Source of the DNA: a virus
Taxonomy: Duplodnaviria > Caudoviricetes
Length of the DNA stretch: 50,977 bases
Reading direction: 5' to 3' (one strand)
IMG/VR virus record: IMGVR_UViG_3300024974_000003
Span: 1 to 50,977 of that record
The translations under genes and the position numbers were made by a program. Positions 9,021 through 18,404 of the stretch are shown here, piece by piece; within the stretch, counting starts at the first letter, position 1; each line of letters opens with the position of its first letter. Below the pieces are notes generated by a model that saw only the letters and a program-made list of their open reading frames with translations, made no database searches and had not been told where the DNA came from.

Positions 9021-9590
9021 ATGTTTACATTTTTCAAGAAAAAACCAGTCCAAAAAGCGATTCTTTACACAAAGTGTAACGAATTGCCCTGCCATAACTT
9101 CAATGAAGTAGCCACAAACAACGATTTTAATTACCTGAAAGTAAACAAAAATGATGTTGCAACTGATATTGAATTAGAAACGGCTTGGTTGGGGATTCTT
9201 GACGAATATTTCAGAATATCAAAAAACGTTCAAGGATTAAATATTCTGAAAAAGAAAACAAGTTTGTTATTCCTTGAAAATAAATTGCAAGTTTTTGAAG
9301 CGATGCAAATTTGCCTTTCCAAAAATATCAATGTCGATATTGAAATGGCAATGTACAAAACCAATAAGGACATTCTGAAAGTTCATATCGGAATGATAAA
9401 AAACGACATCGCCCGAATTTTAAAAACATTGCCATCCGAAGAAAACACCAAAGACGAAAACGAATTCGACAGATCACTCGCTGTTTTATCTCAAGCAGGT
9501 TTTAAAATTGACCGCTTCAAAACCGTAGTTTCAGAATGGGTACAAATGTTAAGAATTTTTGAACAACAACAATCTAAAAAAGAAAACTAA
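9021..9590 (+). CDS. Putative tail assembly chaperone
   Basis: Helical protein immediately upstream of tape measure. Confidence 0.5.
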   Translation: MFTFFKKKPVQKAILYTKCNELPCHNFNEVATNNDFNYLKVNKNDVATDIELETAWLGILDEYFRISKNVQGLNILKKKTSLLFLENKLQVFEAMQICLSKNINVDIEMAMYKTNKDILKVHIGMIKNDIARILKTLPSEENTKDENEFDRSLAVLSQAGFKIDRFKTVVSEWVQMLRIFEQQQSKKEN

Positions 9591-12500
9591 TGGCACAAGA
9601 ATTCAATATACCAGGATTAAAAGATGCAATAGCTGAAATGACTAAACTAAATGAAACGGTTTTATTACTTTCTAAAAATGTTCTCGATGTCGCTATAGAT
9701 GCAGATAAAGCAATGAAACCTTTTAAAGATGTTTCTGGCATAAAAGGATTTACAGAAGCGCAGCAAAAATCTAACGAGACAAGAAAAACAACAAAAGAAG
9801 TAGTAGATAAATTGGCTCAAGCAGAAGAAAAATTGAAATATTCACAATCTGAAGTAGCTAAACAAATTGCCGCAGTTAACGTACAAACCCAACAGCAAAA
9901 TCAAAACAACAAAGCATCTGCTCAAATAATTGATTTGAATAGCGAAGCTTTGAAAAAAGAAGTGACTTCTATTGCCGAAGCGAGAGCTCAAAATACATTG
10001 CTTACGCAAGCTCGAAACAACGTTAATCTAACCACTGTTGAAGGACAATTACAGTTGACAACTTTCAATGCTAAATTAGATGAAAATAACGCATTCATTA
10101 AAGCAAATGGAGATGCTGCATTAAAGCAAAAAATGCAAATCGGGGATTATGCTGGAGGCGTAAAATCTGCTATGGAACAAACTGGATTGTTTTCTGGTAA
10201 AATAGGTCAATTAAGTAATACCGCTATAGGATTTGTGCAAAGCGGGGCTCAAGCAGTTACAAAAATAAAAGATGTTAGCGATGCAGTTGTTAATGGTGCT
10301 AAAAATGTAGGTACTTATGTTGCCGCTAAAGTAAAAATGATTACTACTGAAAAAGCTGGAGTTATTGCCATTGAAGAAAGCACTATCGCAACCGAAGCAA
10401 ACGCAATCGCTACAGCAGAATCGAGAGTTCAAGTAGCTGGATTTACAATGGCTGAAAAAGCGCAAACAATAGCGACAGAAGCAAGCGCAGTTGCAACACA
10501 AGGAATGTCGGTTGCTCAAGTTGGATTAGCAGCAACTACAGATGTAGCAGCTGGCGCAGAAGTAGCAGCTACAGCAACAACTTGGGGATTAAATACCGCT
10601 TTAGGAATTTTATTGTTTCCAATCACAGCAGTAGTATTAGCTTTCGGAGTATTAGTATATATTTTCAAGGATTTTGCACCGGTAATCAATCCAATAAAAG
10701 ATGCGTTTGCGGCATTAATGGCAGTTTTTGAAGTGTTGAAATCTTCTGTTTTTGCTTTGGTTACGGGAACTAAATCATTAGGAGAAGTATTTTCATCACT
10801 AGGAGCTGAAACAAGTAAGGCGGCGGATGAGGCTTATAAATTAGCGGCAGCAAATAGAGAAATCATAGTAAGTCAAAGAGCTTTAGAACTTTCAAGTGCA
10901 AAAGCACAAGCGGAAATCACAAAACTAATTACTCAATCAAAAAATAGAACTCTTTCAGAAGAAGAAAGAATGAAAATGTTAGCAAAAGCTATCGAAATGG
11001 AAAAAGAAAATGTAGCAGCAAAATTAACTTTAAATAATAAAGAAATAGCGGCAGCTAGAATGAAACTTGCCGATGGAAAAGAAATTTCAGAGGAGGATAT
11101 GAAACAATTAGCCAAAGGAAATGCAAATTATGCACAAGAAATAAAAAAGAAATACAATTTAGATCAAGATGAAATAGACCATTTGAGAAAAATACAAGTT
11201 GAAAGATATGGACTTATTGAGGCATCTTCCAGAGTTGTTGAAAAAGCAAATAACTTTAGTGATAAATTGGCAGAAAACAAACAAAATAAAGAAGATAAAG
11301 CAAGAGAGAAAAAAGAAAAAGACGATGAAAAAGCACAACAAACAGCAGAAAAAAACGCTGAAAGAGAATTAAACCGCCAAAAGAAAACAGCTGAAGAAGC
11401 GATCAAGACGATGAAAATCACGCTTGACAATGAGATTGCAGCCTATGACCAATCGGCAAAATTAGATTCAGAAAACATTGCACACGTTCAGGCTATTGAA
11501 AATCTAAAAAAAGGAATTGCGCAGGCTGAATTGAATACGAATTTAATAGGATTGAAAGTTGATGAGGATATTTTAAATAAAAAAATAGCTCAAAATAAAA
11601 AGTTGTCTTTAGACGAGCTTAGTTATGTTTCAATTAAGAATGCAACAGCTCAAGAACTCATAAAAATTGAAAATGAAAAAACAAAAGCACTTGAAAAAAT
11701 CCAAAAAGATGGTGTTAAATTTGAAATTGAACTGTATGATCTAAATAACAAAACCTTAATTAAGGAAGGAAAAACATTGACTGATTTATTGGTTAATGAA
11801 GAAAAAAAACGCATTCAACAATCATTAGACATTCATAAAAAAGGAATGCGTGATGAATTGAATATCGACAAATCCCTTTCGGACGAGAAGTTAAAACAAA
11901 TGTCAAAAACAAATGGAGCTTTAACGGCAAACCAGTTGAAATATTTACAAGGTATTCAAAAACTGGAAGAATCCAAAGATAAAGACATTAAGAAACTCGA
12001 TGCTGATTTGCTAAATACCAAAGTAAAAAACATCAATACTGAGGTAAAAAACGAGCAAAACAAAAATAAACTTCTCAACAAAAGTGCATTAGCACAAGCA
12101 AAAGATGCTTTCAAATTAGAAGATAAAAGGCTTAAGGATTTAAGAAAATTATATAAAGATGATGCTGAAAAAATAAAAGAAATCGATGATGAAATTGCAG
12201 CTAACAAACAGCTAATTGATAAAACAGTAAGCGACAATAAAAAGAAATTACTCGAAGATGGATTAAACAATGTTATTGCCGTTTTCGGACAAGAAAGCGC
12301 CGTTGGAAAAGCGGCTGCAATTGCTCAAGTAACAATGGATACTTACAAATCTGCAACTTCTGCTTTTGCCGGAATGGTAGAAGCTTTTCCTGGTCCTTGG
12401 GGAATTGCTGCTGGAGTTGCAGCAGCTGCTCTTTCAGTTGGAATGGGATTGTCTAATGTTGCAAAAATAGTAGGTATAAAAATGTTTGCTGAAGGTACTA

Positions 12501-12859
12501 ATGATGCACCCTACACAGGAAAAGCGATTGTTGATGAAGATGGAGCAGAAATTCACACGGATGCTTCCGGCAATATTAAAAGTTTCGGTTCAGATTCTGG
12601 CGCACATTTGACAGATATTGTCAAAGGTGATAAGATTATTCCTGCTGATATTTCGGCAATTATTCGTCAAACAATGTTTTCCAGTTATGGAATGAGTGCG
12701 CAACAACAAACAATTGATTACGGTAAAATAGGCGAACAGTTCGGAAAACACGCTTCTAAAATTGTGAATGCAGTAAATAACAACGGAAAAAATCAACTGT
12801 CAGTTATGATTCAAAAAGGAATATCTGATCGTGTAATATTCAAAGGCAAAAGCGTATAA
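9590..12859 (+). CDS. Tape measure protein
   Basis: 1089 aa; Ala/Lys/Glu coiled coil with hydrophobic segments; KMQIGDY and FAEGT motifs. Confidence 0.92.
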   Translation: MAQEFNIPGLKDAIAEMTKLNETVLLLSKNVLDVAIDADKAMKPFKDVSGIKGFTEAQQKSNETRKTTKEVVDKLAQAEEKLKYSQSEVAKQIAAVNVQTQQQNQNNKASAQIIDLNSEALKKEVTSIAEARAQNTLLTQARNNVNLTTVEGQLQLTTFNAKLDENNAFIKANGDAALKQKMQIGDYAGGVKSAMEQTGLFSGKIGQLSNTAIGFVQSGAQAVTKIKDVSDAVVNGAKNVGTYVAAKVKMITTEKAGVIAIEESTIATEANAIATAESRVQVAGFTMAEKAQTIATEASAVATQGMSVAQVGLAATTDVAAGAEVAATATTWGLNTALGILLFPITAVVLAFGVLVYIFKDFAPVINPIKDAFAALMAVFEVLKSSVFALVTGTKSLGEVFSSLGAETSKAADEAYKLAAANREIIVSQRALELSSAKAQAEITKLITQSKNRTLSEEERMKMLAKAIEMEKENVAAKLTLNNKEIAAARMKLADGKEISEEDMKQLAKGNANYAQEIKKKYNLDQDEIDHLRKIQVERYGLIEASSRVVEKANNFSDKLAENKQNKEDKAREKKEKDDEKAQQTAEKNAERELNRQKKTAEEAIKTMKITLDNEIAAYDQSAKLDSENIAHVQAIENLKKGIAQAELNTNLIGLKVDEDILNKKIAQNKKLSLDELSYVSIKNATAQELIKIENEKTKALEKIQKDGVKFEIELYDLNNKTLIKEGKTLTDLLVNEEKKRIQQSLDIHKKGMRDELNIDKSLSDEKLKQMSKTNGALTANQLKYLQGIQKLEESKDKDIKKLDADLLNTKVKNINTEVKNEQNKNKLLNKSALAQAKDAFKLEDKRLKDLRKLYKDDAEKIKEIDDEIAANKQLIDKTVSDNKKKLLEDGLNNVIAVFGQESAVGKAAAIAQVTMDTYKSATSAFAGMVEAFPGPWGIAAGVAAAALSVGMGLSNVAKIVGIKMFAEGTNDAPYTGKAIVDEDGAEIHTDASGNIKSFGSDSGAHLTDIVKGDKIIPADISAIIRQTMFSSYGMSAQQQTIDYGKIGEQFGKHASKIVNAVNNNGKNQLSVMIQKGISDRVIFKGKSV

Positions 12860-12861
12860 TT

Positions 12862-15552
12862 ATGAACAACTTCCTAGACACCAATTCCTTTGAACATTTT
12901 CTAAATTTTATCAGTTTAGGAAATACGGAACTTTATCAAATCACAGAGCCGTCAGGTTTTGATGCTGCAAATTTTGTAGTAAAACAAAACGACTCCAGAT
13001 ACAGCCGTGATATAATTTATGGTAATGACACAATCAATTTATCTTTTTACGATGCCAATGTAGAACTATCGAGCATCGAACAAATGCAAGACACGGATGG
13101 ACGCACTTCTTTTTATTTAGATTACGGTTTAAAATGGATTTTAGAAACTTACAACCGTTTTGGTTTCGAGGGAAAAATCGAATACATTCTGAAAAAAGAA
13201 GGTGTTTTGTTTACAACAGGTTTGCTCGATATGGCAAACCCAGATACTGATGGGAATACTTTTTTTGCGTGCTCCGTAATTCAAAGCAATCAGGTTGCAA
13301 ATTACAAGAAACACGAAGAAACGATTATTGATTTATTCAGTACCAAAAATGCAAAAAATGAAACCATAACACCCGCTGAAACTTTCAAATTCTTAAGAAA
13401 GTCAGTACCAATTTTAAAAACAAGTACATTAAATTGTCCTAATGTTTTTGATGCAGCTTTAAGTTCCACTGGTTCCGGTAGCAACAGCCATAATTATTTT
13501 TACTGTAATAATGCAGCAACAAAAACAGTCGAGGAAATAAACAATACTTTGGCTTTTCCAAATCAAGTAGTGCAAAATGGTGACGGTAACGATTCTATTG
13601 CTGAAAACTTCGCAATTATCCAGGCGCGATCTATTTTAACGGATATTAAAATAGACATTAAGGATTTAATTGTCAATCAAAGAACGCACGTTGCCGATGG
13701 TGGGAATGGTTATGCCGATAATAAATTTATTGTTCGATGGGGAACCGACATTAACGTACCAATGGGTGAGCAAATCCTTTTCGCTTTTTACCAAGAAGAA
13801 GGTCATACGTATCAAAACCCGATTCACGATTATACAGTAAATATTCCATACTTGCCAATTGATGCAAAAATATGGGTTTATTTATGGGTTAAAACTCGCC
13901 AAAGCGCAGTAATCGGAATATTTAGAGCATATACTCAAATTTCACAATACAATCTAAACGTGACCGCCAATACCTTTGCTTTAAATACAGTTGTAAAAGG
14001 GGTTCGATACATTGATATGATGAAACAGTGTTCGAAATTCATTAACAATTTACCAATTGTGGCTCCACGTTTTGATGTTGGCGGTGAGTTTTACGACCAA
14101 GTTTGCTATAATCGAGCGTTGATAAGCCAAGATTTGACACGGCCATTCACTACGACATTCAATAATGTTATGGGAAGCACTCAAGAAGTAAATGGAGATT
14201 TTGAAATAATGCACGATAAAATATTTCAAGGTCAATATCCTGATTTTTATGAGAACACCGAAATTGGTGTTTTCCAAATAAAACCAAGCGAAGGATTTAA
14301 AGAAAACTGGAACGACAAATATAAAATCAACGTTTTTAGTTTTGGATATAAAACGTATGAGCAAAACAGATTAACCGCAAATACAACGGGAGACGTTCAT
14401 ACAGAAAGTGAATGGATAGTGCCTAATTTGATGGTTGAAAATAAAAAAGAGGTTGGAATCGATTTGATACGTTCTGCATTTTCCCAACAAGTCGCCGTCG
14501 ATTTAGAAATTAAAACCCCGCAAACCTCCGATGAGAATGATGACAAAGTTTATATTGTCGATATTGTTCCACTTCCAGAAGGTACTTTCAATGAGTTTTC
14601 TTCCGAATTACAAATGCAACTATCGGATGGAAAACTAACTATTTTAAACAAGAAATCGAGTGCGACAATCGAAGAATCTGTTATCAATTGGAATGTTTTA
14701 GGTTTTAATGTTGGTGATAATTTTCAAATAGTATCAGGTTCAAACGCTGGAAATTATACCGTTATTTCAATTACTCAAACAATGCTTGTTTTATCGCCGG
14801 TGGGTTTTGTTCCCACATTTACGGGTGATGCTTACATAACAATGAAATTCTATTACACGGATGTACTTTGGCAAACCCGAGCTGATGAAGATTTTATAGT
14901 TTCAGGAAATACAAATTCTAAAAACTATCCTAATTTGAAATATACCATTCGTAGAAATATGAAACATTGGGAATCGTATTTGCGCACAGCTTGCAGTTTC
15001 AATTTACTCAAATCTATTCGAAATTCTTATTTCAAAAATGATCCTGCTTTAGAAACTATATTTCAAAGCGGAATAAATTACATTGAAAAAGCAGATATTC
15101 CCGTTTCAAGTTTGCAAACTCCATTAGTAACACCGAAAACATTTGATATTGTCGTAGTGGCAAGTTTCAATCAGGTTATAACACTATTAGAAACTCTAAA
15201 AATAATCCGAGGATTTATAAGAAGTTACAATATCGAAGGAAATATTATAAAAGGATTCATCAAAGATTTAGATTACACCTGGTCAACTGCTGAATTGAAA
15301 TTGACTTTGGAAGAAAAATACGAAAGTGAAACCATAATTTTAACTTATTCGGGTGGGATTTTAACTGTAAATGATGCAATCTATACTCTTTCTGGAGCTT
15401 CTGAATGGTGGAAAATCACAGGCGAATACTTCACGGCTTTTGATATAAATAACGTTCCACTTTGCAACCGACACCGATTTGACAAAGTAAGTTTGAACGG
15501 AATGATTTATGGTTCAGAATACGAATTATTGGAAGCATTGGAAAATTTATAA
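12862..15552 (+). CDS. Tail tip/hub structural protein
   Basis: 896 aa, beta-rich, right after tape measure. Confidence 0.65.
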   Translation: MNNFLDTNSFEHFLNFISLGNTELYQITEPSGFDAANFVVKQNDSRYSRDIIYGNDTINLSFYDANVELSSIEQMQDTDGRTSFYLDYGLKWILETYNRFGFEGKIEYILKKEGVLFTTGLLDMANPDTDGNTFFACSVIQSNQVANYKKHEETIIDLFSTKNAKNETITPAETFKFLRKSVPILKTSTLNCPNVFDAALSSTGSGSNSHNYFYCNNAATKTVEEINNTLAFPNQVVQNGDGNDSIAENFAIIQARSILTDIKIDIKDLIVNQRTHVADGGNGYADNKFIVRWGTDINVPMGEQILFAFYQEEGHTYQNPIHDYTVNIPYLPIDAKIWVYLWVKTRQSAVIGIFRAYTQISQYNLNVTANTFALNTVVKGVRYIDMMKQCSKFINNLPIVAPRFDVGGEFYDQVCYNRALISQDLTRPFTTTFNNVMGSTQEVNGDFEIMHDKIFQGQYPDFYENTEIGVFQIKPSEGFKENWNDKYKINVFSFGYKTYEQNRLTANTTGDVHTESEWIVPNLMVENKKEVGIDLIRSAFSQQVAVDLEIKTPQTSDENDDKVYIVDIVPLPEGTFNEFSSELQMQLSDGKLTILNKKSSATIEESVINWNVLGFNVGDNFQIVSGSNAGNYTVISITQTMLVLSPVGFVPTFTGDAYITMKFYYTDVLWQTRADEDFIVSGNTNSKNYPNLKYTIRRNMKHWESYLRTACSFNLLKSIRNSYFKNDPALETIFQSGINYIEKADIPVSSLQTPLVTPKTFDIVVVASFNQVITLLETLKIIRGFIRSYNIEGNIIKGFIKDLDYTWSTAELKLTLEEKYESETIILTYSGGILTVNDAIYTLSGASEWWKITGEYFTAFDINNVPLCNRHRFDKVSLNGMIYGSEYELLEALENL

Positions 15553-15558
15553 AAAACA

Positions 15559-15601
15559 TTATTCTTATTCAATCTAAATAAAAAAGAATTTTCTATTTTT
15601 G
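15559..15601 (+). promoter_or_regulatory. Tail-tip operon promoter: -7 box TATTTTTG with upstream ...TCTAAATAA box
   Basis: Aligns without gaps to 2040-2082. Confidence 0.55.
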
Positions 15602-15641
15602 TAAGGATAAAACTTTAAAACTCGATTACGGCAATTATGAA

Positions 15642-17231
15642 ATAGACAACTCCTTTCTTCAGTTATTCAAAAACGACTTTGCCAAAGCATCGCTAAACGA
15701 AAACATACTTGTTTCAAGAAGTATGTATAGTGGTTATGTGCAAATGCTTCCAAGCGAGTTGTTTCTTCAGATAACGAATTTAGATAGTGACATTTCATTT
15801 GCCGGAAACATCAAAGTTGAGTTAATCAATTCCTGTCAGGAAGTACTTCAAGATATTACCGATTCCTTTTTCTACGATGAATTCACAGACATCAAAGGAA
15901 TTAAACAAATTGCCTTTGAGTTTGGTAATATCGGAATTGATTATCACTTAGAACTTTTACACTTAAAAATTTCCCATACCGTTTCGGATGCCGTTTGGTT
16001 TTCGACTGCCTTTTTAATTACAGACAATCTACAGGAAGAAACAACCCGATTTGATTATAAAAAAGAAAGTTATTTCAAAGGGATTTCGTATGACCGTGCC
16101 AATTATTTTCAGTCTATTCGTTTGCAATGTTTCAAATCTGATATTGATACATCCAGCGAAAGCAACGAATACACTCAATTATCGGGTAATATCATTTCAC
16201 TTCGAAAAATAACCACTTACATAGACAAATTCAAGTTTTATGTGTGCGATTTCTTCACGTTTAACCGTTTGGTAGTGCTATTAAATCACGACCTAATTTA
16301 TATCAATGGCAAAAGAATAAGCAACAAACCACAGCCAACCAAAGGCGATAGAGTTGTAGATTCTAACTTTTTCGAACTTGATTTTGAAGCCAATCCAACG
16401 GAAGAAACTCGAACTTTTGCCACTCAATTAAATATTATCATTCCAGTTTGCACGGCTACAGTTTCAGGAATTTCGGCAAATCTTGTATTTTCTACAATGA
16501 CGGCAAGCTGGACAAATTCAGGAACTCCATTTGGAATGATTGTCGAAATAAGTACCGATAGTGAATCAACTTGGCAAGTTCCAACGGGATTAGTTTTGGC
16601 AACGCTTAAAAATTCGGCTACTTATAACGATCCAATGACTTCACACCACATTCGGATTACTCCAAAATGTGCAGTAGATAGTTTCGGAACTCCTGCTATT
16701 TATTTCTATGAAAACACAACCTCAAGCACTTGTGTAATTCCAACATTAGTTTCAGTAACCAAAGATCCAACGAGTGACAACGTTACTTATGTTTGGGATA
16801 ACAATGGATTCAATTATACAACAGGAACAGCACAATTGCAATATTCGCTAGATGGTGGCACTACTTGGACCACATTAGCAGTCGCAAGTTCAAACTCATT
16901 GACTGCAACGGTAAGTGTTACGGGAATTTCTTTAGGAGCAGCAATAAAATACAGAATTATATGTAACGGAAATAGTTGCGATAATCAAATTTCAAATGTG
17001 ATTACAACCACTTTTGGCGACGACCTGACAACATTGCCTTTATATGTATTTCACTATACAGGAATTGACACATTTCCTGATGCAATTCACGTAACGGGGG
17101 GTACTGTAATTTATTTGGATGAATTTGGAGCAACTCAATACGCATCTTTATTATATGACGATGAATGCAGAATGATAATAGCAAGTTCAATAGTTCACGC
17201 AGTAAGAGCTATTGTTTGCACACCTATTTAA
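15642..17231 (+). CDS. Tail protein with FN3/Ig-like C-terminal domains (proposed ATA start 15642; track start ATG 15723)
   Basis: Thr/Ser-rich beta domains, YSLDGGTTW Asp-box; 27 extra in-frame codons (DNSFLQLFKNDF...). Confidence 0.7.
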   Translation: MDNSFLQLFKNDFAKASLNENILVSRSMYSGYVQMLPSELFLQITNLDSDISFAGNIKVELINSCQEVLQDITDSFFYDEFTDIKGIKQIAFEFGNIGIDYHLELLHLKISHTVSDAVWFSTAFLITDNLQEETTRFDYKKESYFKGISYDRANYFQSIRLQCFKSDIDTSSESNEYTQLSGNIISLRKITTYIDKFKFYVCDFFTFNRLVVLLNHDLIYINGKRISNKPQPTKGDRVVDSNFFELDFEANPTEETRTFATQLNIIIPVCTATVSGISANLVFSTMTASWTNSGTPFGMIVEISTDSESTWQVPTGLVLATLKNSATYNDPMTSHHIRITPKCAVDSFGTPAIYFYENTTSSTCVIPTLVSVTKDPTSDNVTYVWDNNGFNYTTGTAQLQYSLDGGTTWTTLAVASSNSLTATVSVTGISLGAAIKYRIICNGNSCDNQISNVITTTFGDDLTTLPLYVFHYTGIDTFPDAIHVTGGTVIYLDEFGATQYASLLYDDECRMIIASSIVHAVRAIVCTPI

Positions 17232-17240
17232 TTTTAAAAA

Positions 17241-18383
17241 ATGGCAAATACTCTAAAAATAATCAAAAAAAGCACCAAAGTATTTTGGCACGTTCATAAT
17301 GATTTGAACACTCAAAAATTTGCTATTTCTGATTTTGAGATTTCATTGGATGGAAATAATTTTAAAATTGTTGAAGTTGACGGTGCAAAAAGATACAATT
17401 ATTTAGTTCAGGATATTACAATTGTCGATGAAACTGGTACAAGTGCAGTTGAAACTTTCACAAATGCAGAAGATTTCTACAATAGATTAATTTCACTTCA
17501 GTACACGCCGTTTTATAATCCTTTGGCAGATAGTCCAACTAATAATAAATTTATTTCACAGGCTGGATTTACATTGACTGGAACTAACTTAACAGTAAAT
17601 GCTAATTGGATATGGAAATTATTAGGTATTACTTATTCAAATCCTGCAAATGTCATTATACCAATTCCATATTGTGCTGCTGGAAAAAGTCGTATTGAAT
17701 ATGTAGTTCCAAATCCTGCAAATGGTTTTACTAGATATCCAGGACCTGAAAGTGCTACTATTTTAGTCGCGCCTGAAATTCCAAATGATAATATGTATGT
17801 GACTTATTACATTGTCACAGATTCAACGATTGGGGATTTGTCATCTCCAATCGTTGGGGATGCTTACATTCCAAAAGCAGAAAACGAATCTATTTCATCC
17901 TTACAATCTGGAGTTATCAATTTCATTATTTTAGAAACCATTCAAAACAAAATTTTGTTGAGTGGAGGAGCCACTGAACTACGTTCAATTAACCATTGGA
18001 CAAATCCTTTTTTATTTTCAGGACGGGATTTGTATATAAAAAATGATGGTACGGAAAATTGCCTAATCAAACATTTATATTCTGGAGCTGGAAACTACAC
18101 ATTTTCATTTCCAAATGAAGTTGATTTTGTTCATAAACCAAAGGAACTACTCCATTTTAAATTAAGATTTACCACTACAGGACACGGAATTTATGAATAC
18201 GTAGGCACAATCACAATCAAAATCTACCCAATCGGAGAGCTTCAAATATTCAAAGTGCCAGGAAACACGAACAACGAAATTTTAGAAGCAGGTGATTACT
18301 GCATTGGGTTTGTCGAAGGGCAATTTATCAATGCAAATTACATAAGTGGTGACAGAACCTTACTGGCATCATTTGACATTTAA
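17241..18383 (+). CDS. Minor tail / fibre-related protein
   Basis: Tail module; shares a ~70-aa domain with the next gene. Confidence 0.65.
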   Translation: MANTLKIIKKSTKVFWHVHNDLNTQKFAISDFEISLDGNNFKIVEVDGAKRYNYLVQDITIVDETGTSAVETFTNAEDFYNRLISLQYTPFYNPLADSPTNNKFISQAGFTLTGTNLTVNANWIWKLLGITYSNPANVIIPIPYCAAGKSRIEYVVPNPANGFTRYPGPESATILVAPEIPNDNMYVTYYIVTDSTIGDLSSPIVGDAYIPKAENESISSLQSGVINFIILETIQNKILLSGGATELRSINHWTNPFLFSGRDLYIKNDGTENCLIKHLYSGAGNYTFSFPNEVDFVHKPKELLHFKLRFTTTGHGIYEYVGTITIKIYPIGELQIFKVPGNTNNEILEAGDYCIGFVEGQFINANYISGDRTLLASFDI

Positions 18384-18404
18384 TAACCAAAAAACAAAAA
18401 TAAA

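Noticed and set aside
8709-9590. Programmed -1 frameshift in tail assembly chaperones
   Set aside because: The two ORFs are in the same frame separated by a stop; no convincing slippery site at the end of the first
11169-11177. Third ATGAAATAG
   Set aside because: Internal to the tape measure gene (codons D-E-I-D), with no promoter or gene start nearby; coincidental
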